From a virus (taxonomy: Duplodnaviria; Caudoviricetes), in the IMG/VR virus record IMGVR_UViG_3300000439_000009, positions 32,001 through 96,000 of that record: a stretch of 64,000 bases of DNA; one strand, 5' to 3'. Shown here piece by piece: positions 1 to 8,678 of this stretch (its first letter is position 1; each line of letters starts with the position of its first letter). The translations under genes and the position numbers were made by a program. Below the pieces are notes generated by a model, which saw nothing but the letters and a program-made list of their open reading frames with translations, had not been told where the DNA came from and did no database searches.

Positions 1-15
1 ACTAGTCAACAACCA

Positions 16-38
16 AAATGGCCCCGCAGGGCCATTCT
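16..38 (-). terminator. Probable intrinsic terminator
   Basis: AATGGCCC-cgca-GGGCCATT hairpin followed by a T-run on the minus strand. Confidence 0.55.
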
Positions 39-159
39 GGCTTATCATATTTATGAGATTTTAGTATTTATTTATCTTGTTTAAGATTTTTATATTTACA
101 ATATAATCTCATATTGGATTGTATGAGTACAATGATGATACCTAAGAGAAGAAGATTGA

Positions 160-528
160 TCATGTTTCAGATCCCTCCCCTTCCCCTGTAACATATTCTT
201 TGATCTGACTTAATTCTTCATGCATATGCTGTAATAACTTTTGAGTATCTAAAGATACTCGCAAGTCTCTGTTCATAACCTTACGGTCACGCTCAGATTC
301 CCTGTCAGTTGCAGATAAAATTAAACCAGATAGCAGGATAGCTTCTAATGAAACTATCATTGTTAAAAGTCCATATGGGAACGGTTCTACTTTGAACAGC
401 ACCCAAGATGCAAACCAAATCAGATGCGTAATAAGAAACCACGGGCTTCCAGCTACGTGTGCTGACCAATCTGCTAGACTTTCTATGCTTTTTTCTATAT
501 GCTTTATTGCTTTTTTGATATCCATCAC
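160..528 (-). CDS. DUF1003-like membrane protein
   Basis: GSPWFL..W, EPFPYGLLTMIVSLEAILLS motif; two TM segments and a coiled-coil tail. Confidence 0.75.
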   Translation of the reverse strand: MMDIKKAIKHIEKSIESLADWSAHVAGSPWFLITHLIWFASWVLFKVEPFPYGLLTMIVSLEAILLSGLILSATDRESERDRKVMNRDLRVSLDTQKLLQHMHEELSQIKEYVTGEGEGSET

Positions 529-597
529 CTCTTTGTAGCAGTAATGAGAGATACCGCTACAAGATAATTATATCATTATTTAACTACTTATAGATAA

Positions 598-861
598 TTA
601 TTTAAGTTCTATTTTTGGTGTTTGTGCTAAACGTTGTGTGTCCATTAATGAATTAATGTAATACATGTAACGCTCAACAATAAAAATAACTTCATCTAAA
701 ACTTCAGCAGAAATTTCTTCTGTGATCGTTTCGATCTTCCCGTCAATTGCACGTTGTTCAGCTACATCACGAGCAACATTATAAACTACTTCATTTAAAT
801 CATTTGGGCTTACTGGAATTTCCATTTTATTCTCCTGTTGATCCGAATCCATCTGTGCCAC
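598..861 (-). CDS. Hypothetical protein (start probably ~825, MEIPVSP)
   Basis: ORF in operon context. Confidence 0.6.
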   Translation of the reverse strand: MAQMDSDQQENKMEIPVSPNDLNEVVYNVARDVAEQRAIDGKIETITEEISAEVLDEVIFIVERYMYYINSLMDTQRLAQTPKIELK

Positions 862-1252
862 GCACAGAATTAGATAATTCTTTTACTTCTTTAAATACTG
901 CTTCATGATAAACCTGAAACACAAGCTGTGCTATTTTATTGCCTTTTGCAACATAAAAATCTTCATCTGTGTTATTAACTAAGATTACTTTAATCTCTCC
1001 ACGATATCCAGAATCAATAGTTCCTGGTGCATTTAAGATTCCTATACCCTTCATAGCCATGCTTGATCTAGGATTTACATATGCTACATACGATTTAGGA
1101 AGTTCTATAGCAATACCAGTTGGCACCGCACCTACACGATGTGCTTTTACTATAAAATCTTGTGAAGCATACAAATCAGCTCCCGCATCTCCTGGATTTG
1201 CATAATGCGGAACAATTGCATCTTTTGAAACTTTCTTAAAATTAACAAACAT
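827..1252 (-). CDS. dut: Trimeric dUTPase
   Basis: AGADL, RSS, GTIDSGYRGEI, IAQLV and RGTDGFGSTG motifs. Confidence 0.97.
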   Translation of the reverse strand: MFVNFKKVSKDAIVPHYANPGDAGADLYASQDFIVKAHRVGAVPTGIAIELPKSYVAYVNPRSSMAMKGIGILNAPGTIDSGYRGEIKVILVNNTDEDFYVAKGNKIAQLVFQVYHEAVFKEVKELSNSVRGTDGFGSTGE

Positions 1253-1253
1253 A

Positions 1254-1388
1254 TTAATCTCTTTCTAACTCTTCTTTAATCTTTTTTCTTAAAAGATATA
1301 ATGTGTATGGGGCATCGTCATCTTGTTCATTCAAAAAATCTAGTATCTCTTGAAATACTTTTTTTCTAATTAACTTGACAGCTCCCAA
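1254..1388 (-). CDS. Small hypothetical protein (44 aa, not in ORF track)
   Basis: TTG start, MGAVKLIRKKVFQEILDFLNEQ...ELERD; fills the gap between genes. Confidence 0.45.
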   Translation of the reverse strand: MGAVKLIRKKVFQEILDFLNEQDDDAPYTLYLLRKKIKEELERD

Positions 1389-1390
1389 TT

Positions 1391-1711
1391 TTAATCAGAC
1401 AATCCTTCTAATGCACCTTGCACTAAACTTCTTATCTTTCTTGCTCTACGTTCTTCTTTTACCATTTGCAATGTTTCAAAGTATCCAGCCCCATCTACGA
1501 TGTTATCTCTCTTAGGACGATTTACTTCACGACTAATCTTAAGTCCAACCATGCACAATGCTACATCTTCTGGAGTAACTTTTGTTCCCAGAATTGCTGA
1601 CCAGATTTGAGCGGTACGAGAAAAGTCCTCAAAAGGATGACCATAGTTTTCTCCACGATCACCATGCACAATTCTTTTAGCTTCATCTAAAATTGATTCA
1701 TTTTTAGGCAT
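1391..1711 (-). CDS. DUF6378-like (dNTP diphosphohydrolase-related) protein
   Basis: ILDEA..IVHGDRGENYGHPFEDF..A.IWS, LKISR, DNIVDGAGY. Confidence 0.75.
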   Translation of the reverse strand: MPKNESILDEAKRIVHGDRGENYGHPFEDFSRTAQIWSAILGTKVTPEDVALCMVGLKISREVNRPKRDNIVDGAGYFETLQMVKEERRARKIRSLVQGALEGLSD

Positions 1712-1961
1712 TTAAATAATCCTTGAGATATCTTTCGCCTGCCTTAAGATTTGTTTTCAAATTAAGTTCACGTCCATACTTAAACATAAGCTTTGATACG
1801 TACATTAAATTATTTAATTTGTTTTGCTTTCTTGCAATAGTCTTTGCTCTACGCTTATGACCTCTTGCTTGTGCTTTTGCGCCTAAACCCTTATGCATTA
1901 TTATCCTCATATCCAAATAGTACTCCGCTATTAACAAAGTAGAACTTTTCTCCAACTGCAT
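1704..1961 (-). CDS. Basic hypothetical protein (start likely MHKGLG ~1898)
   Basis: ORF, K/R-rich. Confidence 0.5.
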   Translation of the reverse strand: MQLEKSSTLLIAEYYLDMRIIMHKGLGAKAQARGHKRRAKTIARKQNKLNNLMYVSKLMFKYGRELNLKTNLKAGERYLKDYLNA

Positions 1962-2205
1962 CTTTAATCTCAGTTGCGTGGTTTGGAGAATAGTATACTA
2001 CCATGCCCTCTTTAATTGTGTCAACTGGGTACAAGGTTCCGTTAAATGAACTAACCTCTCCTGGCCCCACCTTTACTACTGTACCTCTTTTGAGATCTTG
2101 CTCCGTTGCAGTAGCAGTTAAAACTAAACCAGAAGCAGTTTTTGATTCTGTAGTTTCTATTTCCTTAACAAGCAAAAGCTTGCCTAAAGGATTAATACTC
2201 GTCAT
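1891..2205 (-). CDS. groES: GroES/Cpn10 co-chaperonin
   Basis: INPLG..LLVK, TASGLVL mobile loop, GTVVKVGPG. Confidence 0.9.
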   Translation of the reverse strand: MTSINPLGKLLLVKEIETTESKTASGLVLTATATEQDLKRGTVVKVGPGEVSSFNGTLYPVDTIKEGMVVYYSPNHATEIKDAVGEKFYFVNSGVLFGYEDNNA

Positions 2206-2407
2206 CTTCCATATCCATTTCTATTTTGTCTGGGCTATCCATAGGGGTTCCTATAGTGTATTTTGTATGACATTCAAAACATTCACCGTTTATCCCGTAC
2301 ATACCAATTTCATAATCATTTGGATCAACGATGATCCAAGTTAAAAATCTTGAACTACTGCAAGCAGGACACACTGGAGAAGGTATACCAGTATAATCTA
2401 TGCTCAT
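2192..2407 (-). CDS. Small Zn-ribbon protein
   Basis: CPAC...CFEC. Confidence 0.6.
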   Translation of the reverse strand: MSIDYTGIPSPVCPACSSSRFLTWIIVDPNDYEIGMYGINGECFECHTKYTIGTPMDSPDKIEMDMEDDEY

Positions 2408-2583
2408 CCAAGATAACTTATTCTAGTTACTGTCATGCATGGGTCTCCGCCATCTTCCCATTCTTTAACTTCTTCTTCAGTCATAACATCGTATCCTCCG
2501 TCATGAGTTTGACAAAATGGATTAGTTACCCACCCCTTGTGAACTCCAATATTAAACCAATCCCAAAATTCTGTATCTGACAT
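2404..2583 (-). CDS. Small hypothetical protein (59 aa, not in ORF track)
   Basis: MSDTEFWDWFNIGVHKGWVTNPFCQTHDGG...EWEDGGDPC; start and stop overlap both neighbours. Confidence 0.7.
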   Translation of the reverse strand: MSDTEFWDWFNIGVHKGWVTNPFCQTHDGGYDVMTEEEVKEWEDGGDPCMTVTRISYLG

Positions 2584-3137
2584 TATTTAGCCTTCACTAT
2601 CTTATTTGCTTTTTGTTGCCTTACAATCTGAAATGGTCCAGAAGTGTAAACATCATTGTTAGCAGCAATCTCTAGAGCTTTTTCTACATTAGCCCCAGCG
2701 TACAACGCACCAATAGCGAATGATGAGCCACTGCCCACCCCATATATGCCGTCGCTATTCAGCAAAACACTAAAATCATTACCTATATCAAACACTTCTC
2801 CATTATAAGCAAAAAGCATATTGAAGCCAGCATCTTTATCGTTTGGATCTTCTTTCCAATTATTCTCTTCTAAAACTTCTTTCATAGCTGGAACAAATTT
2901 AGTTATCATAAACTTGTAAAGATCTTCTCGCTCTTTTGCATTGGGAACTGGTGGTACAAAAATATGTTGCAGAATGTCACATGGCTGAGAATCACCACTT
3001 CCTGCAATAAGCCACCCATTATTTTTGGTAATCTTTTCCATTTGAGCATGCTTATGCGGTCTTGCTCCATCAGTTACCTGAGAATCAGCACCAATAGTTA
3101 CATTACCGTTTTTTACAACAGCAACAATGCTTGTCAT
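2583..3137 (-). CDS. HslV/proteasome beta-like Ntn peptidase
   Basis: N-terminal M-T-S-I-V (Thr1), GADSQ, EKI, GSG, GVGSGS. Confidence 0.88.
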   Translation of the reverse strand: MTSIVAVVKNGNVTIGADSQVTDGARPHKHAQMEKITKNNGWLIAGSGDSQPCDILQHIFVPPVPNAKEREDLYKFMITKFVPAMKEVLEENNWKEDPNDKDAGFNMLFAYNGEVFDIGNDFSVLLNSDGIYGVGSGSSFAIGALYAGANVEKALEIAANNDVYTSGPFQIVRQQKANKIVKAK

Positions 3138-3430
3138 CCATTTACCTGTTCTATGATTTCATCTGAATTTTTTGCAGTAATCTTTGTTCCAAGAATACCT
3201 TTATTAATTTTATATACTTGGGGTATGCTTTGAATCGAGTATTGCTTAAGATAATCTGGATCAACTTTATCAACATCAACAAAAAAATAATCACGAGATT
3301 CATCTTGCATAGCAGCTTTAGCCATTTGAGGCTTTAATTGCTTGCAGGGGCCACACCATTCAGCACTAAAATAGACTACAGCATCTTTAGCAGCTATTAC
3401 CTCTGCCATATCATTTGTGATCTTAATCAT
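3134..3430 (-). CDS. trxA: Thioredoxin
   Basis: WCGPCK active site, SIP cis-Pro motif. Confidence 0.93.
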   Translation of the reverse strand: MIKITNDMAEVIAAKDAVVYFSAEWCGPCKQLKPQMAKAAMQDESRDYFFVDVDKVDPDYLKQYSIQSIPQVYKINKGILGTKITAKNSDEIIEQVNG

Positions 3431-3439
3431 TTTTTTCTC

Positions 3440-3670
3440 CTATGCAATCAATTCGTTAGCAAGAATTTCTTTGCCAATGTATCTGCGTTTAATTATAAAG
3501 TCTCTAACTGAATCTGGACCCTTAGATCTTGCACAAAGTACAACTACCCACCTAGGCTCAAACTTAGAATCAATACATAATTGACACATAAGAGATGATA
3601 CACCATCAATTAATTCTGACTTCTTTGGATGCAATTCATTCTTTTGTTTTCCACAAGAATAACATTTCAT
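3440..3670 (-). CDS. Zn-binding hypothetical protein
   Basis: CYSC...CQLC; ATG overlaps the upstream TGA. Confidence 0.6.
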   Translation of the reverse strand: MKCYSCGKQKNELHPKKSELIDGVSSLMCQLCIDSKFEPRWVVVLCARSKGPDSVRDFIIKRRYIGKEILANELIA

Positions 3671-3840
3671 TCTTCGTTCTCCCAATCATCATAAAGCATT
3701 TCATAATCATCGTTTTCGACAACTACATCGTACATAACACCACCATATATATATCTAACTCTAGAAGCATAAGCTCCCTCTGCAATTAAATCGGCATAAA
3801 CGCCTTCTTTAATTAAGAATACTTTTCTGTGTAGGGACAT
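3667..3840 (-). CDS. Small hypothetical protein (57 aa, not in ORF track)
   Basis: MSLHRKVFLIKEGVYADLIAEGAYASRVRY...WENEE. Confidence 0.65.
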   Translation of the reverse strand: MSLHRKVFLIKEGVYADLIAEGAYASRVRYIYGGVMYDVVVENDDYEMLYDDWENEE

Positions 3841-4078
3841 ATTTTATTCCTTCTATTTCACATCGAACCCCAAAGGATTCAATTAACTGTCTGCAAAGTA
3901 ACAAGTACTCCATGATATCTGCTCTCTTATCAATTTCGTATTGCATTATGTTTTCTTCGTATACAGTTAAAGCTAGATAATTTGGCCTGGCTCTTACATC
4001 CATTCTAAGATCTTTAACAGGCATCTTAACTTTTCTAATGGCTTTAGCCATAGATACGTTATAAAATATTTTTTCCAT
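3809..4078 (-). CDS. Hypothetical protein
   Basis: ORF overlapping neighbours. Confidence 0.65.
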   Translation of the reverse strand: MEKIFYNVSMAKAIRKVKMPVKDLRMDVRARPNYLALTVYEENIMQYEIDKRADIMEYLLLCRQLIESFGVRCEIEGIKYVPTQKSILN

Positions 4079-4379
4079 GAATTTTCTTTAGAGTATCCCA
4101 AGTTTCTTTAGTCTTATGTGCATTATTTTGTTTATCTACACGACCAAGATCCATAAAGATCCCGCCACGTACGCCAAATTCTTTCATGGAAACACCCTCT
4201 TTGTAACATTGCTTAATTACTGGACAACTTAAACATACTTCATCAGCAGTTTGTGCCGTAATCTTATCATTTTCGTAATCATCATAAAACCAATTAATGC
4301 TCATGCCTTTGCATGCAGCAAGATGATACCACTTTAGGTCTTCTTCATCAATACCTAATTCTTTAAGAATGCTTGACAT
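4059..4379 (-). CDS. whiB: WhiB-family Fe-S transcription factor
   Basis: W...AAC, C..CPV..QC, FGVRGG (variant of GVWGG). Confidence 0.9.
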   Translation of the reverse strand: MSSILKELGIDEEDLKWYHLAACKGMSINWFYDDYENDKITAQTADEVCLSCPVIKQCYKEGVSMKEFGVRGGIFMDLGRVDKQNNAHKTKETWDTLKKIHGKNIL

Positions 4380-4596
4380 ATTTAGATGGAATTAACCATG
4401 TACCCTTACTTGTTAGTGGGTACTTATTTGCATAGCCCCATTTATTGTTTTTAAACATGCCATTGGTTTGAGTATAACCATTATGTCCTGGGGACCACTT
4501 TACAATTGTGTATCCATCCCAGTAAAATCCAGCCTTTTTGTTTGATTCAACAAAATCGTGGGCTTGCTTGTAACTTAGCTCTTCTAGATTTTTCAT
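4363..4596 (-). CDS. Hypothetical protein
   Basis: ORF, aromatic-rich. Confidence 0.65.
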   Translation of the reverse strand: MKNLEELSYKQAHDFVESNKKAGFYWDGYTIVKWSPGHNGYTQTNGMFKNNKWGYANKYPLTSKGTWLIPSKYVKHS

Positions 4597-4695
4597 ATCT
4601 GTCTTGGTAACTTGCTTTCTCTTTTTGTTTTTTGTTCTTTTAACATGTCTTTAATTTCTGTTAAAAGGCTTACTATCTGAGTAAGCTGAACTTCT

Positions 4696-4725
4696 ATTGT
4701 ATCATTTTTAGGCATTATCTGTCAA
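4696..4725 (-). promoter_or_regulatory. Sigma70/SigA-type promoter
   Basis: TTGACA-18 nt-TACAAT with extended TG. Confidence 0.6.
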
Positions 4726-5093
4726 GCACTTTCTACTAAAAGATATGGGATTCCATATTCTTTTAATACCTTCATTGAAGATTTTGTTCTAGCACAACCC
4801 GTTGAAAATATAATTGCATACTCTAAGCCCGATTCAATCACAGCCATATCATTGATGACTGGAGACTTCCCACGATGCAATTCTTCTTTTAATTTAAAAT
4901 TCTTTTGTTTTAAAAACTTTTCAGTTTTTCCCACATATTCCGTGATCATATTTTCTGCACCCTTTAGCCCAGTATGGACTAATAAAATGTTATCATGACC
5001 TAGCTCATGCGCTTCTTGAATGAATACGGTCATATTGCGTATAAGATCTGAGTAATCTGTCCAGTCTTTACTGCCGAATATTCCAACCTTCAT
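4722..5093 (-). CDS. SLOG/YspA (DUF2493)-like protein
   Basis: MKVGIFGSKDWTDY, VHTGLKGAE, GCART..M..L...GIP. Confidence 0.65.
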   Translation of the reverse strand: MKVGIFGSKDWTDYSDLIRNMTVFIQEAHELGHDNILLVHTGLKGAENMITEYVGKTEKFLKQKNFKLKEELHRGKSPVINDMAVIESGLEYAIIFSTGCARTKSSMKVLKEYGIPYLLVESA

Positions 5094-5111
5094 TTTTCTC
5101 CTTTAGAAATA

Positions 5112-5140
5112 AAACAGCGGAGGTTTTAATCCCCGCTGTT
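5112..5140 (-). terminator. Intrinsic terminator
   Basis: AACAGCGG...CCGCTGTT hairpin followed by Ts, just after the 5159 ORF. Confidence 0.65.
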
Positions 5141-5158
5141 ATATAGTTTTAAATAAGA

Positions 5159-5905
5159 TTAAAGCTTACCGTTAATTCTTGGTGCGAATGCTCCGCCCCA
5201 AACAGATTTCTTCATCTCTTTTGCTTCATCTTCCTTAGATTCTGAAGCCTCTTCTTCTGCAGACTCTTCTTCGTCTGCTGCCTTAGCAATGCTATCAAAT
5301 CCTGCTGCTTCATGGTTTGGAGCAGTTTCTGCTGATACTACTGAAGCACCATCTACTGTCTTTTCCATTGGCATTGACTGACCACAATGTGGGCACTTCT
5401 CTGCTGCTGCTTTGGACATACCATCGCACATGCACATAGTCATAGCCTTGCCACAATCTGGGCAATTTGCTGCCTTCTCCATAGGTTCTGTTGTCTCGCC
5501 CTTAGAAGGAGCTTCCTCTGTTGTATTTGCAGTTGTACCTACATGAGTTGTAGGGATCTCTGCTGACTTTGTAATTGCAATTGCACTCTGAGCATCTGGC
5601 TCTGTTGTAGCAGATGCTGGATTAGCATAAGAATTCTCTGTTGTTGTTGATGCGTTAACATCTAGTGTCTTTTCTGTCATTTTTGTTTCACCGCCATTCG
5701 TAAATAAATTTGAGCTAAACATTGATGCAATATCTACATTTTCTGATACCACATGTTGCTTAACATAATGTTCTAAATGGTTATCGCTAACCTCTTGATG
5801 CTGACTGCTTGATGAGGAAAATGGAGAAACAACGCCAGGGTCTGGCTTCCACGACTTTAAAATTTCTGCAGTTAATTTTACTACTTTATCGTAGACGCTC
5901 TCCAT
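5159..5905 (-). CDS. Acidic modular protein with CxxC motifs and C-terminal VWGGAF; candidate capsid-internal protein
   Basis: CPDC and CPHC, repeated (I/M)-x-K-(S/A/T) sites, KSVWGGAFAP end. Confidence 0.7.
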   Translation of the reverse strand: MESVYDKVVKLTAEILKSWKPDPGVVSPFSSSSSQHQEVSDNHLEHYVKQHVVSENVDIASMFSSNLFTNGGETKMTEKTLDVNASTTTENSYANPASATTEPDAQSAIAITKSAEIPTTHVGTTANTTEEAPSKGETTEPMEKAANCPDCGKAMTMCMCDGMSKAAAEKCPHCGQSMPMEKTVDGASVVSAETAPNHEAAGFDSIAKAADEEESAEEEASESKEDEAKEMKKSVWGGAFAPRINGKL

Positions 5906-5919
5906 TATTCCCCCTTAAA

Positions 5920-6177
5920 TTAGTTAGCTGTTGGGCGTGTTGCGTTGTTTACGCTACCCTGCTCTGTTGATACGATTGGGCCACCGAATGCTGCACCTGT
6001 AGTCATTGACTCGTTTGCGCCTGTAAGTGGGCTCTGAACTGAAGCTCCTGCCATTGTCTTTGGCTCGTTAACTCCAAGATTTGTTACTGAAGCTGAAGCA
6101 CCGTGATCTGGAGCTGTTGCTGCTGTTACCTCTGGCTTGCCTGCTGCCTGAGATGGGGTCTGCTGATTGTTATCCAT
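5920..6177 (-). CDS. Low-complexity A/T/S/G-rich protein
   Basis: GGAGG RBS and its own TATAAT upstream. Confidence 0.65.
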   Translation of the reverse strand: MDNNQQTPSQAAGKPEVTAATAPDHGASASVTNLGVNEPKTMAGASVQSPLTGANESMTTGAAFGGPIVSTEQGSVNNATRPTAN

Positions 6178-6223
6178 ATTTCACCTCCATAGTGATTGTG
6201 TTTATATTATATCGTATAAGTGA

Positions 6224-6568
6224 TTAATTTGGGAATGGAAAATCTAAATCGTTATCTTCCATCCACCTTATACCTTTTTCTGTGGCTTTAAACCTTGCGT
6301 TTAGGTCTTCATCATAGTCAATTTCAACAAATCCCTCTTGATAAAGGACCATCAAATCGCTATCAATGTCTGCCATGATTTCTGTATAAAGCTCTGGCAT
6401 GACTACCTTTAGCTTTTCTAAATCGAACTTAAAGATGGCCTCTCCAAATTCGTCCATACCATCCCAAATTAAGGCTTTTTTCTCTTCAAGCCATCCAATA
6501 ATTTCATCATCGCTTTTATCAAACATAATATTATTGTACAGCCTTTGCAATATTAATAGCAAGCACAT
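6224..6568 (-). CDS. Hypothetical protein (start likely MFDKSDD ~6526)
   Basis: ORF, acidic. Confidence 0.65.
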   Translation of the reverse strand: MCLLLILQRLYNNIMFDKSDDEIIGWLEEKKALIWDGMDEFGEAIFKFDLEKLKVVMPELYTEIMADIDSDLMVLYQEGFVEIDYDEDLNARFKATEKGIRWMEDNDLDFPFPN

Positions 6569-7418
6569 TCTGTTTTACCATAATATTTGTATAATTTGTT
6601 CCAGTAGATTTAATTAGGGCATACTCGTTTGCATAAGATAGGTTTTTAGCATTAAGAATCTTAAGCCATCCCGTCCCAAAAGTTGCTACGGATAAGGATG
6701 TGCCGTAGTCTGATTTATACTGATTGCCTGGAACTGCTACAGTTAGACTTCCTGGAGAAGCAAAATCTACTCTAGAAGAATAGTTGGCATAGAGTGCAAG
6801 GCGACCTTTATCATCTATTGAACTAATTGCTAGCACTCCTGGCAGACATGCTGGATTATCAATGTTAGTATAGTTAAAGTCATTACCAGTTGGGAAGATT
6901 ACAGCAATTCCCAATGCCGTCAACTTGTTAATCGGAGTTGCATATCCTGCTGCAATATTGCAAGATGGTGACAATGAACCTAATGGTGAAACAACTGCGC
7001 CAATATTAAACTTATCTTTATTTAGATATACCCAGTTTAACGCTGTTGTCAACATATCAGGATTGCATCCGATATAGCCATTTGTTCCGATTAATGAAGC
7101 ACAACGAATTTCAATAATCTTTACGCTTGAATCAGTTTGTGTTGCAGCGGATGCAACCTCTGTTCCATGATTCCATGATGCATTTGTATACATTGCTGGA
7201 GTTACTGTTGCTGCTCCAGTTCCCTCCATAAAGTTTTGTTTATTAGGGCAACCATTATATCCAGATACACATACTTCATAAATAATATTATTTTTAATTG
7301 CTGGGTGCTGAATATCAACACCATTATCAATAATTACTAAAACCTTTGGTGTGGCAGCGTGGACTGGGACTGAAATGGCAGCAAACAATACAGCCAAAAT
7401 TGTAATTAACTTTTTCAT
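6531..7418 (-). CDS. Secreted subtilisin-like (S8) serine protease
   Basis: Signal peptide ending VHA; IIDNGVD, NHGTEVA, PTGND, YGTSLS catalytic motifs. Confidence 0.9.
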   Translation of the reverse strand: MKKLITILAVLFAAISVPVHAATPKVLVIIDNGVDIQHPAIKNNIIYEVCVSGYNGCPNKQNFMEGTGAATVTPAMYTNASWNHGTEVASAATQTDSSVKIIEIRCASLIGTNGYIGCNPDMLTTALNWVYLNKDKFNIGAVVSPLGSLSPSCNIAAGYATPINKLTALGIAVIFPTGNDFNYTNIDNPACLPGVLAISSIDDKGRLALYANYSSRVDFASPGSLTVAVPGNQYKSDYGTSLSVATFGTGWLKILNAKNLSYANEYALIKSTGTNYTNIMVKQNVLAINIAKAVQ

Positions 7419-7448
7419 TATATTCTTTTCTCTAGTAGTTATAGGTAT

Positions 7449-7477
7449 ATTATACAGTTAGAAAATAACCGTGTCAA
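7449..7477 (-). promoter_or_regulatory. Consensus sigma70/SigA promoter for the subtilase
   Basis: TTGACA-17 nt-TATAAT. Confidence 0.8.
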
Positions 7478-7479
7478 TG

Positions 7480-7923
7480 TTAAACGACTGTTTTTTTAAT
7501 TGTGCTGGAAAGCTGCCAGTTCCACTTTTGATGTGCTGACTCTCTGATCTCAAGATCACTAGCAATACCAATTTGTCCCACTGCTTCTGCAGCAGCATGG
7601 GCAACACGAATATCGTTAATCAAAACTTCATTAGACATTAAGAAGCTTTCGATTTGGTCCAATGCATTGTTTCCAAAATAAATTGATGATATGTTTCTAT
7701 TTTCCATAAATTGCTCTAACATATGCGGGGCGGGAGTGTTAAGTTTTCTTAACATTTCTGAAACATCGTCAATAGACTCATACACATCTTCGTAAATTTC
7801 TAAGAACTTAAGATGAATTTCTGGGAAAAGCATACCTTCAACATTCCAATGATACCCATGAATTTGAAAATAAGCAGTTACTATATCTGCTTGTAGTTTT
7901 TTTAATGCCTCTACTAAATCCAT
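7480..7923 (-). CDS. dps: Dps/ferritin-like DNA protection protein
   Basis: HGYHWNVEG..F..IH..F.E.YE, D.VSE, HQKWNWQL. Confidence 0.93.
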   Translation of the reverse strand: MDLVEALKKLQADIVTAYFQIHGYHWNVEGMLFPEIHLKFLEIYEDVYESIDDVSEMLRKLNTPAPHMLEQFMENRNISSIYFGNNALDQIESFLMSNEVLINDIRVAHAAAEAVGQIGIASDLEIRESAHQKWNWQLSSTIKKTVV

Positions 7924-8120
7924 TACTTTAATTTCTCCTTAATCCAAATCCACAAATGCTCGTGCCAGTAATAAAGTGCTGTTTCAAATAACATTTCGGC
8001 GGAAGCCAATTTTAATCCTACTGTCCAGTCACTAGTAATAATTGTACCAAGAATTGACACCATTGAAAAATGGAACAAATACCAGCTTAGGGTTTTAAGT
8101 AAGATTATCTTATTTTTCAC
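7923..8120 (-). CDS. DUF2061-like small membrane protein
   Basis: LKTLSW...LYYWHEHLW. Confidence 0.7.
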   Translation of the reverse strand: MKNKIILLKTLSWYLFHFSMVSILGTIITSDWTVGLKLASAEMLFETALYYWHEHLWIWIKEKLK

Positions 8121-8242
8121 TTTGTTTTTGCGTATCCAGTCTTCTTTTTGTTCATAGATCCTGGAAGCTTGCCTCCTGGACCCTTATGGTTTTTCTGTCT
8201 AATTTCTAATGCTTTTTTAATTTTCTCAGTATTGCTTGGCAT
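8117..8242 (-). CDS. Small basic protein (41 aa, not in ORF track)
   Basis: AGGAG RBS and TGATATAAT upstream; MPSNTEKIKKALEIRQKNHKGPGGKLPGSMNKKKTGYAKTK. Confidence 0.65.
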   Translation of the reverse strand: MPSNTEKIKKALEIRQKNHKGPGGKLPGSMNKKKTGYAKTK

Positions 8243-8260
8243 GATTCTCCTATTATATCA

Positions 8261-8488
8261 TTAATTGCTAGATTGAGAGGGCTTGTTGTTGATATATTCT
8301 CTCTCATCAATAATTTCATATGCTTGATTGTTTAACTTATCTTGATTCTTAACGTAATGATGTCCACAAAACATCAACTCCCCGCTAATTAATCTAACCA
8401 TTACAAAAGCTTGTGACCCACATGCATCACATCTATCAATTACTTTTAATACACGATCTGCTTTTTCTTGTGTCATAGTCATACTCAT
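8261..8488 (-). CDS. Small Zn-finger protein of actinobacterial type (DUF7455-like)
   Basis: DRCDACGSQA...LMFCGHH. Confidence 0.75.
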   Translation of the reverse strand: MSMTMTQEKADRVLKVIDRCDACGSQAFVMVRLISGELMFCGHHYVKNQDKLNNQAYEIIDEREYINNKPSQSSN

Positions 8489-8524
8489 AGTATATCCTTT
8501 TATGTTAGTAGTTACAAGTTTTAG

Positions 8525-8597
8525 TGTCCCCAGCAGGTTTCGATCCTGCGACCCGTTGCTTAAAAGGCAACTGCTCTACCAACTGAGCTATAGGGAC
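8525..8597 (-). tRNA. tRNA-Lys(UUU)
   Basis: Cloverleaf; anticodon arm GTTGC-CTTTTAA-GCAAC. Confidence 0.9.
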
Positions 8598-8598
8598 A

Positions 8599-8674
8599 TG
8601 GTACCCCAAGTTGGATTCGAACCAACGCTGTATGGATTTTAAGTCCACTATCTCTACCACTGGATTACTGGGGC
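8599..8674 (-). tRNA. tRNA-Leu(UAA), short variable arm
   Basis: GTGGA-CTTAAAA-TCCAT, TTCGAAT loop, encoded CCA. Confidence 0.88.
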
Positions 8675-8678
8675 TAAG

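Noticed and set aside
827-1711. dUTPase plus DUF6378-like gene as evidence of a modified-base (e.g. Z) genome
   Set aside because: No purZ or other base-modification genes in the window
4593-4715. 40-aa ORF MPKNDTIEVQ...
   Set aside because: Overlaps a predicted promoter and has no clear RBS; cannot be supported
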